NCBI GenBank assembly: GCA_028826165.1
Contig: JAPDFW010000103.1
Location: 682,001 to 746,000 of the forward strand
DNA: 64,000 nt
Reading direction: 5' to 3'
Origin: Anaeramoeba ignava BMAN
Lineage: Eukaryota > Protista > Anaeramoebae
Below the pieces are notes generated by a model, which saw only the letters and a list, made by a program, of their open reading frames with translations, did not search any database and was not told the DNA's origin. Positions 48,701-60,244 of this stretch are shown here, piece after piece. Position numbers and translations under genes: made by a program. Within the stretch, counting starts at the first letter, position 1; every line of letters starts with the position of its first letter.

Positions 48701-50414
48701 ATTTTGATTTTGATTTTAATTTTAATTTTAATTTTGATTTTAATTTTAATTTTAATTTTAATTTTGATTTTAATTTTAATTTTAATTTTAATTTTAATTT
48801 TAATTTTAATTTTAATTTTAATTTTGATTTTAATTTTAGTTTTAATTTTAATTTTAATTTTGATTTTGATTTTAATTTTGATTTTAATTTTAATTTTAGT
48901 TTTAATTTTAATTTTAATTTTAATTTTGATTTTGATTTTGATTTTAATTTTAATTTTAATTTTAATTTTAATTTTAATTTGGATTTTGGATTTTTGATTT
49001 TATTTTAATTTTTAATTTTAATTTTAATTTTAATTTTAATTTTTAATTTTAATTTTAATTTTAATTTTAATTTAAATTTTAATTTAAATTTTAATTTTTA
49101 ATTTTAATTTTATTTTTAATTTTTAATTTTAATTTTGATTATAATTTTAATTTTTAATTTCAATTTTAATTTTAATTTTAATTTTAATTTTAATTTTAAT
49201 TTTAATTTTAATTTTAATTTGATTTTTAATTTTAATTTTAATTTTGATTTTGATTTTAATTTTAATTTTAATTTTAATTTTAATTTTAATTTTAATTTTA
49301 ATTTTAATTTCAATTTAAATTTTAATTTTAATTTTAATTTTAATTTTAATTTTAATTTTAATTTTAATTTTAATTTTTAATTTTAATTTAAATTTTGATT
49401 TTAATTTTAATTTTAATTTTAATTTTAATTTTGATTTTAATTTTAATTTTAATTTTAATTTTAATTTTAATTTTAATTTTAATTTTGATTTTAATTTTAA
49501 TTTTGATTTTAATTTTGATTTTTATTTAAATTTTGATTTTAATTTTGATTTTAATTTTAAGTTTGATTTTAATTGTAATTGAAAATTCAAACCTCTAATT
49601 CAGATAAATCTGAAAATTCTAAATCTGTTGTTAAAATACCATCATTTGCTGTATCAAGATTATGAGCCATAAGCTTCATTTCTTCAATTTCTTTTTCCAA
49701 TTTAGCATTTTCAATTTTTTGATTTTCTAATTCTTTTGTCAATTCTTCCAAAGTTTTTGCAGCTGAAATGGAGTTTTTTTCTTGTTTTTTAGGCTCAATT
49801 TTTTGATAAACTTGTAATTGATTTTTAATATCTTCAATTTGTTTATTAATTTGTTGAAATTGTTGAATTTTTGAATTATCAACTCCAACTAATTTTTCGA
49901 CAATTTTTTGATAAATGGATTGAAAATTTTCATTTTTTTGAGAAGTTTCGTTAAGTTTTTGTTTCAAATCATCGTTTTCTTTCAGTAAATTCTTGAGATT
50001 TTCTTGATTTTCTTGAAGTTCTTTTTCGATTTTTTCTTTTAAATTATCATTTTCAAGTTTTTTTTTTTCATTTTGTAAATTTTTGATTTTTGCTTTAAGT
50101 TTTTCAACTTTATCAAATTTATTCTCATTTGTTTCGTTAACATAATTAATTAAACCATTTTGATATTGATTGTTTTGCTTCATGTTTTCCTTTCTAATTG
50201 TTTCTAGTTTTTGTTGTAAGTCATTTAGTTCGTTTCTTGATTTATTGTTTTCTGCAACTTTTTCTTTTAAAAGTGTTTGAGCTGTTTCTAATTTTTTTTG
50301 AAGTCTTTTTGTTTCTTGTTTTTTTTCTAAGTCTTTGATTTCTTTTTGTATTTTTCCTAGTTTTGTTTGAAGTTTTTGGATTTCTTCTTCTTGTTGTTTT
50401 AAAACTGAAGACAT
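45717..50414 (-). CDS. Coiled-coil + RGS + DUF547 protein (multi-exon)
   Basis: Exon 1 from ATG 50414 is coiled coil. RGS exons read YFKEFLSQELNQENIMFY…IYEKYIKPESLFEINID…IFDK|AQEVVLTLMEQNSFEPFKQS. DUF547 reads FFVNIYNVLSIH…YSLDDIKNGILRGN…DPRFHFVL. Stop at 45717. Confidence 0.85.
48636..49570. repeat. Intronic hexamer microsatellite (TTTTAA/TTTTGA)n; same family at 7555-8070, 8615-9135, 11210-11735, 45946-46380, 50570-50830, 53100-53510
   Basis: Direct reading. Confidence 0.95.
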
Positions 50415-50828
50415 TTCTTTTAATAATAATAATTTTTTTTTTTTGTGTGAGAAAAAGAAAATTAAAAAAATGATTTTTTTTATTTTGAAAAAAAATTTTT
50501 TTTTATTTAAATCAAAAGAAAAAAAAAAAAGAAAAAGAAAATTTTTTTGCTTTTTAATCATTTCCAATTTGAAATTTTAATCTCCATTTTAATTTTAATC
50601 TCCATTTTAATTTTGATTTTAATTTTAATTTTAATTTTGATTTTAATTCAAATTTTAATTTTAATTTTAATTTAAATTTTAATTTTAATTTTAATTTTAA
50701 TTTTAATTTTGATTTTGATTTTGATTTTAATTTTAATTTTGATTTTAATTCTAATTTTAATTTTAATTTTGATTTTAATTTTGATTTTGATTTTGATTTT
50801 AATTTTGATTTTGATTTTGATTTTGATT

Positions 50829-52205
50829 TTAATTTTTATTTTGATTTTGATTTTGATTTTGATCATCGTCTAAATCATCTAAATCATCATCTAAGTCATC
50901 ATCACTGAAACCCATCATTTTCGATAATTCTAATATAATTTTTGTTGCATTTTCTTGTCTCGTTTTAAAATCCATTTGTTTATCTAATTCTTTAAATCTT
51001 AAAACATCACTCATTATTTTCTCAAATTCATCAAATTGTTTTTCCATGTCTTCTTCAGCAATAGATTTTTTTTCAGTATTTTTTTTCAAAAATTCTTCAC
51101 GAAAGAATTCATCAATATCATTAACATCTTCTGCAAAATTTGATTCAAATTGAAGATTTTGGTTTAATAATTCATTTGAATTGATTTCATTTGAATTGAT
51201 TTCATTTGAATTTTTTTCATTTGAATTAATTTCATTTGAATTTTTTTCATTTGAATTAATTTCATTTGAATTAATTTCATTTGATTTAATTTCATTTGAT
51301 TTAATTTCATTTGATTTAATTTCATTTGAATTGATTTCATTTGAATTAATTTCATTTGATTTAATTTCATTTGAATTGATTTCATTTGAATTAATTTCAT
51401 TTGAATTAATTTCATTTGATTTAATTTCATTTGATTTAATTTCATTTAAATTTTTTTCATTTAATTCAAATTCATTTAAATTAATTTCATTTGAATTGAT
51501 TTCATTTAAATTGATTTCATTTGATTTTATGCGATTTTTTTTCCGAAAATCCTTCATTTCCATTTCATTCCATTGCGTTGTTTCTAAGCATTCAATTAAT
51601 CTTCCAATATTTGCATATTCTTCATTTGGTTCGTGTTGATCATTTAATAAACTTTTAGTTTGTGAATTTTCTTCTTTTTTGTTTTGGTTGATAAAATCAA
51701 AAGAAAGATGCTCAATATTATTGTCAATGAAATAATCTATATATTTATCATCTAGTGAGAAAACTGATTCATTTTCAAAATGGTTGCCAATGCATAAGAT
51801 TGTTTTTAGTTGAAATATTTGATTATTTTGATTAAACCATTCAATTAAATCATCAATTGTATTTTTCTATTTAAAAAATTAAACAAAAAAAAACCAAAAG
51901 TTGTTTTTTATTTAATTATTATTTTTAAGTTAATAAATTCATTTAGAAATTGTCTTGAATTTTTTAAGTCATTTGATTTTCACTTTTGAATTTTTGTAAA
52001 CAAGAATAAGTGCTTGAATTTCTTCATAATTTTCTTTTTCTTTTTCAATGTTATTAATTTCCAAAATTGAGAAAGAAATTTTTGCTGAATAATATTTATT
52101 TTCAATTTCTAAGACATTTTCATTGTTCGAATTATTTAAAATATCAGAAAGTAATGTTTTTTTTCCAACTCCATTTAATCCACAAATTAAAACTTTGTTT
52201 AACAT
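50829..52205 (-). CDS. AAGAB: Alpha/gamma-adaptin-binding protein p34 (AAGAB/Irc6), two exons
   Basis: GTPase-like start VLICGLNGVGKKTLL, IENKYYSAKI, GRLIECLETTQW.EMEMK and C-terminal FEKIMS…RQENATKII. Exons 52205-51984 and 51866-50829; internal NEINS repeats. Confidence 0.85.
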
Positions 52206-52279
52206 TTTTCAAAAAAGAAAGAAAAGAAAGAAAAAAATGAAAAAAATATTTGAAAAAAAATTTATTTTGATTTTATTTT

Positions 52280-53645
52280 TTATTGAATAAGTCCATTTTT
52301 TTTTAACCAAAAATAATAAGATTTCAAACCATCAAGATGATCAAAAGCCAATTTATAATTTGAATTAATATTTGGATTAATATTTGAATTAATATTTGAA
52401 TTAATATTTGAATTAATATTTGGATTAATATTTGAATTAATATTTGAATTAATATTTGAATTAATATTTGAATTAATATTTGAATTAATATTTGAATTAA
52501 TATTTGAATTAATATTTGGATTAATATTTGGATTAATATTTGAATTAATATTTGATTTAATATTTGAATTAATATTTGAATTAATATTTGAATTAATATT
52601 TGAATTAATATTTGGATTAAAATTTGAATTAATATTTGAATTAATATTTGGATTAATATTTGAATTAATATTTGGATTAAAATTTGAATTAATATCTGAA
52701 TTAATATTTGAATTAATATTTGGATTAATATTTGGATTAATATTTGAATTAATATCCAAAAAATAAGAAATAGGAAGAAACATTGCATGAGCAGCATCAT
52801 CTCCTGCTTCTGGTTCTTGCTTTGGATTAATTAGATCAACATGATAGAATAATGAAATTGTGTGGCCACGAGGATCCCTATCTGGATTTCCACGAACAGC
52901 AAATATTACTGGATTTTTTCCATCTAAATTTGTTTCTTCTTTTAATTCTCTTAAAACTGATTTTTCTGGATTTTCTCCATAATCAACAAATCCTCCACAA
53001 AATGCAAAATGTCCTTTAAATGGTGGATTTTTTCTTTTTATTAATAAGATTTCAAGTTCTTTTTTGTGATTAAATCTATGAACACCTGCATCCTTTTTTT
53101 AGATTTTGATTTTGATTTAAATTTTTAATTTTAATTTTAATTTTAATTTTGATTTTAATTTTGATTTTAATTTTGATTTTAATTTTGGAATTGATTTTAA
53201 TTTTTATTTTGATTTTGGAATTGATTTTAATTTTGGAATTGATTTTAATTTTTATTTTGATTTTGGAATTGATTTTGATTTTGATTTTGATTTTAATTTT
53301 AATTTTGATTTTTGATTTTTAAATTTTGATTTTGATTTAGATTTTAATTTTAATTTTGATTTTGGAATTAATTTTAATTTTGATTTTAATTTTGATTTTA
53401 ATTTTGATTTTGATTTTGATTTTAATTTTGATTTGGATTTTGATTTTGATTTATTTTGATTTTGATTTTGATTTTGATTTTGATTTTAATTTTGATTTTG
53501 GAATTGATTTAAAATTTACAACTGTAATTGATGGTTTTTTGTATTTTTTATTTGAAAATGATTTTTTTAAATTTTGAACTAAAAATAATCCAAATTTCTT
53601 AGAACAATTTGTTAAATTGCTTTTTCCAAAAAAATTTTCAAGCAT
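52280..53645 (-). CDS. Nudix hydrolase (bacterial ADP-ribose pyrophosphatase-like) with possible organellar presequence and in-frame (NINS)n insert
   Basis: Exons 53645-53520 and 53092-52280. PSITV|D, LLIKRKNPPFKG, Nudix box GGFVDYGENPEKSVLRELKEETNL, RDPRGH, AGDDAA, LAFDH. Confidence 0.9.
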
Positions 53646-53917
53646 TTCACTTTTGAAAATAAAAACAAAAAAAAAATGAAATTGTTTTCTTTCTTTTAAA
53701 AAATTTTTTTTTTCAATTTCTAAAATAAAAATCAATCAAAAATTTATCTTTTGAATATGAAATTGATTTTGATTTGAAATTGATTTTGATTTGAAATTGA
53801 TTTGAAATTGATTTGAAATTGATTTGAAATTGATTTAAAATTAAATTGAAATTGATTTGAAATTAATTTAAAATTGATTTTGAAATTAAATTGATTTGAA
53901 ATTGATTTGAAATTGAA

Positions 53918-55090
53918 TTAATTTTTAATAATTGGAACACCAAGATCTTCTTTAAAAGATTGATTCAAATCATTTTGAGAATTTGATTGAATATTCTTGC
54001 TTTTTTTAGGGTTTTCTTTTCTTTTTTTCAATTCTTGAATTTGATTTTCATTTTGATTTTCATTTTGATTTTCATTTTGATTTTCATTTTGATTTTCATT
54101 TTGTTTTTCCATTTGTCTTTTCTTTAAAATTCGATTCAATTCTTTTTTCAATTCAATCCATTCAGATTTTTTCATAATTTGAATTTTTGAATTTGGGAAA
54201 TCAATTGAAAAATTTGAAACAACATTTTCAACATTTTTAGGATCAAAAAATTCAATAAAAGCGAAACCTTTATTTTTTTTTGAATTAGGAAATCTAGGAA
54301 TACTAATGTAAGAAATTTCTCCATATTTTTTGAATATTTCTGTTAATGATTCTCTTGTTGAATTTTTTGGAATATATTCTGCATAAATTGTTCTGTTTGT
54401 AAAATCTAGTTTTGGAGGAAGTGGATTTAAACGACGAACTTGTAAATTTTCTTCATCAACAACCAATGCTTTTGATTCTTTTAGTGATTTTACTAAATCT
54501 GTTATGTTTTCTGTTAATTCTTTGATTTTATTGAATTTTATGAAAATTTCTAATTCAATCCATCCTTGATTATTTTTTTTTAGAAAAGACTTGAGATATT
54601 TATCTTTTGATAAATTACTATCTCCGAGATAAAATTCCATTTGTTTTTGAATTTTTATCAAATGATTTATATTTTGATTTTGATTTTGATTTTGATTTTG
54701 ATTTTGATTTTGATTTATATTTTCATTTTGATTTTGATTTTTATTTTTATTTTGATTTTGATTTTGATTTTGATTTTGATTTTGATTTTGATTTTGATTT
54801 TGATTTTGATTTTGATTTTGATTTTGATTTTGATTTTGATTTCTATTTCTGTTTCTATTTCTATTCCTGTTTCTATTTCTGTTTCTATTTCTATTCCTGT
54901 TTTGATTTAAATTTTGATTTTGATTTTGATTTTTATTTTGATTTTTATTTTGATTTTGATTTTGATTTTGATTTTGATTTTGATTTTGATTTAAATTTTG
55001 ATTTTGATTTTGATTTTGATTTAAATTTTGATTTTGATTTTTATTTTGATTTTGATTTTGATTTTGATTTTGATTTAAATTGTCAATCAT
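53918..55090 (-). CDS. La-motif + RRM1 protein, LARP7-like, lacking the C-terminal xRRM
   Basis: QMEFYLGDSNLSKDKYL…FNKIKEL (La motif); RTIYAEYIPKN…YISIP…KGFAFIEF and KSEWIELKKE match the LARP7 pattern; N-terminal NQ/NR tract. Confidence 0.8.
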   Translation of the reverse strand: MIDNLNQNQNQNQNQNKNQNQNLNQNQNQNQNLNQNQNQNQNQNQNQNKNQNKNQNQNQNLNQNRNRNRNRNRNRNRNRNRNRNQNQNQNQNQNQNQNQNQNQNQNQNQNQNQNKNKNQNQNENINQNQNQNQNQNQNQNINHLIKIQKQMEFYLGDSNLSKDKYLKSFLKKNNQGWIELEIFIKFNKIKELTENITDLVKSLKESKALVVDEENLQVRRLNPLPPKLDFTNRTIYAEYIPKNSTRESLTEIFKKYGEISYISIPRFPNSKKNKGFAFIEFFDPKNVENVVSNFSIDFPNSKIQIMKKSEWIELKKELNRILKKRQMEKQNENQNENQNENQNENQNENQIQELKKRKENPKKSKNIQSNSQNDLNQSFKEDLGVPIIKN

Positions 55091-55352
55091 TTTTAATAAA
55101 ATTTTAAAAAGAGAAAAAAATGAAAAAAATGAAAAAAAATGAAAATGAAAAAATTTTTTTTAATTTTGTTATTATTTTTGAAGATTTTTTTTTGCTTTTT
55201 TTTTTTGAAGTTTTTAAAGAGAAAATTTTCTTTTAAAAAAAAAAGCAAAAAAAAAAAAAAAGTGGAACGAGAAAAAAATGGAAAAAAAAATTTGAAAAAA
55301 AAAAAAAGTTATCAATGAATTTGTAAAAAAAAAATGAATAGTATCAATGATT

Positions 55353-58300
55353 TTAATCATCATCTCCATCATCACCATCACCATCATCATCTTCATCATA
55401 ACCATCATCTTCATCATCAGCAGTTTGTTCAAATAACATTCTTTCATTTTCTTCCTTTTCTTTCATTTTAATTTTATAATTTTCGCGAATTTTCTCAAGA
55501 TTTTCAAGAAATTCTACATATCCAGGAGCTAAAAAAATTAAATATATTTTTATAATTTAAATATATTTTTGTAAATTAAATATATTTATATAAATTAAAT
55601 ATATTTTTATAAATTAAATATATTTTTGTAAATTATATATATTTTTATAATTTAAATATATTTATATAAATTAGATATATTTTTATAAATTAAATATATT
55701 TATATAAATTAGATATATTTTTATAAATTAAATATATTTTTATAATTTAAATATATTTTTATAAATTAAATATATTTTTATAAATTAAATATATTTTTAT
55801 AAATTAAATATATTTTTATAATTTGAATATATTTTATGTAAATTAAATATATTTTTGTAATTTAGATATATTTTTGTAAATTAAATATATTTTTTGTAAA
55901 TTAAATATATTTTTATAAATTAAATATATTTATATAAATTGAATATATTTTTTGTAATTTAAATATATTTTTATAAATTAAATATATTTATATAAAATTG
56001 AATATATTTTTATAAATTAAATATATTTATATAAATTAAATATATTTTTATAAATTAAATATATTTTTATAAATTAAATATATTTTTGTAATTTAAATAT
56101 ATTTTTATAAATTAAATATATTTATATAAATTGAATATATTTTTATAATTTGAATATATTTTTATAAATTAAATATATTTTTATAAATTAAATATATTTT
56201 TATAATTTAAATATATTTATATAAATTAAATATATTTTTATAAATTAAATATATTTTTATAAATTAAATATATTTTTATAAATTAAATATATTTTTATAA
56301 TTTAAATATATTTTTATAATTTAAATATATTTATATAAATTAAATATATTTTTATAAATTAAATATATTTTTGTAAATTAAATATTTTTGTAAATTAAAT
56401 ATATTTTTGTAAATTAGATATATTTTTGTAAATTAGATATATTTTTGTAAATTAGATATATTTTTGTAAATTAAATATATTTTTATAATTTAGATATATT
56501 TTTGTAAATTAGATATATTTTTGTAAATTAAATATATTTTTATAATTTAGATATATTTTTGTAAATTAAATATATTTTTGTAATTTAAATATATTTTTGT
56601 AAATTAAATATATTTTTATAAATTAAATATATTTTTATAAATTAAATATATTTTTATAAATTAAATATATTTTTGTAAATTAAATATATTTTTGTAAATT
56701 AAATATATTTATATAAATTGAATATATTTTTGTAATTTGAATATATTTTTATAAATTAAATATATTTTTGTAATTTAAATATATTTTTATAAATTAAATA
56801 TATTTATATAAATTAAATATATTTTTGTAATTTAAAATTTACAAGGATTAGCAAATGAAAGAACCATAAAAACTGCCTCAATAATCTTTGCATTTTCATT
56901 AAATTGAAAAACTGCTTGTAATGCAGAAACTAAAGGATTTTCTTGTAAATTTAATTGTTCAAGATGTGTCTTAAATAATAAACAAAAAAAATAAGTTAAA
57001 TTATTATTTAAATAATGATTTCTTATTAATAAAATATTTACCATAACAGACATTTCTTTTGGAATGTTTTGGATTGAATTTGAAGCTAAACTTAATGATT
57101 TCAATGAAATTAAAGCTGCAATTTGCATTGGAACATCTTTATTTTAATTAAAAATAAATAAGAAAAAAAAATAAATAAACTTAGAAAAAAAGAAAAAAAA
57201 GATTTTTTCTTTTTCAATTTAAATTTTAAATGAAATTTTACCTTTAAGTTGATTACTACTTAAATCAAGAACAATTAAAGATTGTAATGTTGTTAAAACA
57301 GGTGGGAAAAATGTAAATTTGTTATTGCAAAGTCTAAGTTCAATTAAATCAGTCAATAAAGATAATTCTTGAGGAAGATCTGTTAATCTATTTCCACTTA
57401 AATCCAAAGTCTTTTTACAAAAAAAATTAATTTGAAATTAATTATAAAATTTAATTTGAATTTAATTATAAAATTAATTTGAATTTAATTATAAAATTAA
57501 TTTGAATTTAATTATAAAATTAATTTGAATTTAATTATAAATTTAATTTGAATTTAATTATAAAATTTATTATAAAATTTATTATAAAATTATTTATAAA
57601 AATTAATTTGAATTTATTTATAAAATTTATTTGATTTTAATTTGAATTTAATTTGAATTTAATTTGAATTTATTTATAAAATTTAATTTGAATTTATTTA
57701 TAAAATTTAATTATAAAATTTATTTATATTTATTTATAAAATTTAATTTGAATTTATTTATAAAATTTATTATAAAATTTAATTATAAAATTTATTATAA
57801 AATTTATTTATAAAATTAATTATAAATTTAATTTGAATTTATTTATAAAATTTATTTGAATTTAATTATAAAATTTAATTTGAATTTATTTATAAAAATT
57901 AATTATAAAATTAATTATAAAATTAATTTGAATTAATTATAAAATTAATTTGAATTTATTTATAAAATTAATTATAAAATTTAATTTGAATTTAATTATA
58001 AAATTGGTTATAAAATTTAATTATAAAATTAATTTGAATTTAATTATAAAATTTATTATAAAATTTAATTTGAATTTATTTATAAAATTTATTATAAAAT
58101 TTAATTTGAATTTAATTATAAAATTTAATTTGAATTTAATTATAAAATTTAATTTGAATTTATTTATAAAATTAATTGTAAAATTACTTACAACAACTTT
58201 ACTTAAAGTACTAATACCATTACCAGGTAAATCCTCAATTAAATTATCACTAAAATCCATAAAACGAAGATTAGAACAACCAGAAATTTTATCATTAAGT

Positions 58301-58803
58301 TTAACAATTTTATTATTTCCAAGATCGATTTCCGAAAGATTAGTAAGCAAACCAATAGAGTCAGGAATGACCTGGACAATATTTGAGTGTGCATGGAGTT
58401 TCTTAAGACTTGTAAGTTTACCGATCTCATCTGGCAAACCAATTAGTTCGTTATCATCAATATTTAATTCAGTTAAACCAGTACATTCACAAATTTCATC
58501 CGGTAGTCGCTCAATATTGTTCCCAATGCAATTCAGGTATTTTAGGTCCTTCAATTGCGAAATTGAGTTCGTTAATTCTTTCAGTGAATTGTGGCTTAAA
58601 TCCACTATTCGAAGTGCTTTATATCCTCGAATTACAATTGACGGGATTGAAGAAATTTTGTTATTTGTTAAATAAAGTTCTAACAAATGACTGCATTCTG
58701 GTGCGTTTGCGTCAATTGCTAATAGTCCTCGATTAGAGAGATCAAGTGTGCGGATTCTTTTTTGGTCCGCTTCTTTTATTTCCGTTGAGAATTTTTGTCC
58801 CAT
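55353..58803 (-). CDS. Leucine-rich repeat protein with N-myristoylation motif (MGQKFS) and acidic tail, five exons
   Basis: LxxLxLxxNxL repeats in exons at ~58803-58190, 57410-57242, 57139-57042 and 56969-56843; last exon 55528-55353 (PGYVEFLEN…DDEDDGYDEDDDGDGDGDDD*). Confidence 0.88.
55535..56835. repeat. Intronic ~20-bp tandem repeat (AATTAAATATATTTTTATA-type), ~1.3 kb
   Basis: Direct reading; it fills the last intron of the LRR gene. Confidence 0.93.
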
Positions 58804-58989
58804 TTCTTTATTACCGTTTTGTTTTTTGTTTTTTGTTTTTTTTTTAAAAAAAATTAAAAAATGAAAAGCAAAAAGAAGAAAAAAATGAAAAATTTAATTT
58901 TGCTTTTTTTTTGAAAATTAAATTTTTTTTTTTGTTTTTTTATTATTTCATTAAATTAAAAATAATTTCAATAAACTGACTCAACTTTT

Positions 58990-60170
58990 CATTTTGATTT
59001 ATTTCAAAATTGATTTTGATTTTGATTTTGATTTTAATTTAGATTTTGATTTTGATTTTGATTTTAATTTTAATTTTAATTTTGATTTTGGTTTTAATTT
59101 TAATTTTGATTTTGATTTTGATTTTAATATTTGATTTTGATTTTGATTTTGATTTTGATTTTGATTTTGATTTTAATTTTAATTTTGATTTTGATTTTGA
59201 TTTTGATTTTGATTTAGATTTTGATTTAGATTTAGATTTAGATTTTGATTTAGATTTTGATTTTGATTTTGAATTTGATTTTGAATTAGATTTTGATTTT
59301 AATTTTAATTTTGATTTAGATTTTAATATTTGATTTTGATTTAGATTTTGAATTTGATTTAGATTTTAATTTTAATTTTTAATTTGAATTTGATTTTGAT
59401 TTAGATTTAGATTTTGATTTTGATTTAGATTTAGATTTTGATTTAAATTTAGATTTAGATTTTGATTTTAATTTTAATTTTTATTTAGATTTTAATTTTG
59501 ATTTTGAATTTAATTTTAATTTTGATTTTAATTTTGAATTTAATTTTAATTTTGATTTAAATTTAAATTTTAATTTTAATTTTGATTTTGATTTAGATTT
59601 TGATTTTGATTTTAATTTTTATTTTTATTTTGATTTTGATTTTGATTTTGATTTAAATTTAGATTTTGATTTTGATTTTGATTTTGATTTTGATTTTGAA
59701 TTTGATTTTAATTTTAATTTTGATTTTGATTTAAATTTTAATTTGATTTTGATTTTAATTTTGAATTTGATTTTGATTTTAATTTTGATTTTGATTTTAA
59801 TTTTAATTTTGAATTTGATTTTGATTTTGAATTTGATTTTGAATTTGATTTTGAATTTGAATTTGAATTTGTATTTGATTTTGAATTTGATTTTGATTTT
59901 AAATTTGAATTTGATTTTGATTTTGATTTTGATTTAAATTTAGATTTTAATTTTGATTTTAATTTTAATTTTGAATTTTAATTTAGATTTTAATTTTGAT
60001 TTAAATTTAGATTTTGAATTTTAATTTAGATTTTAATTTTGATTTAAATTTAGATTTTGATTTTGATTTTGATTTAGATTTAGATTTTAATTTTGATTTT
60101 AATTTTAATTTTAATTTTAATTTTGATTTTGAATTTGAATTTGAATTTGAATTTGAATTTGAATTTGATT
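58990..60170. repeat. Intergenic degenerate hexamer array (TTTTGA/TTTAGA/TTTGAA)
   Basis: Direct reading; it lies downstream of the beta-helix gene. Confidence 0.93.
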
Positions 60171-60244
60171 TTGTTTTATTGTTAATGTCAAAGTTGATCC
60201 AAAAAGAAAAAAGATAAGATAAAGAAAATAAAAGAATAATTGGA

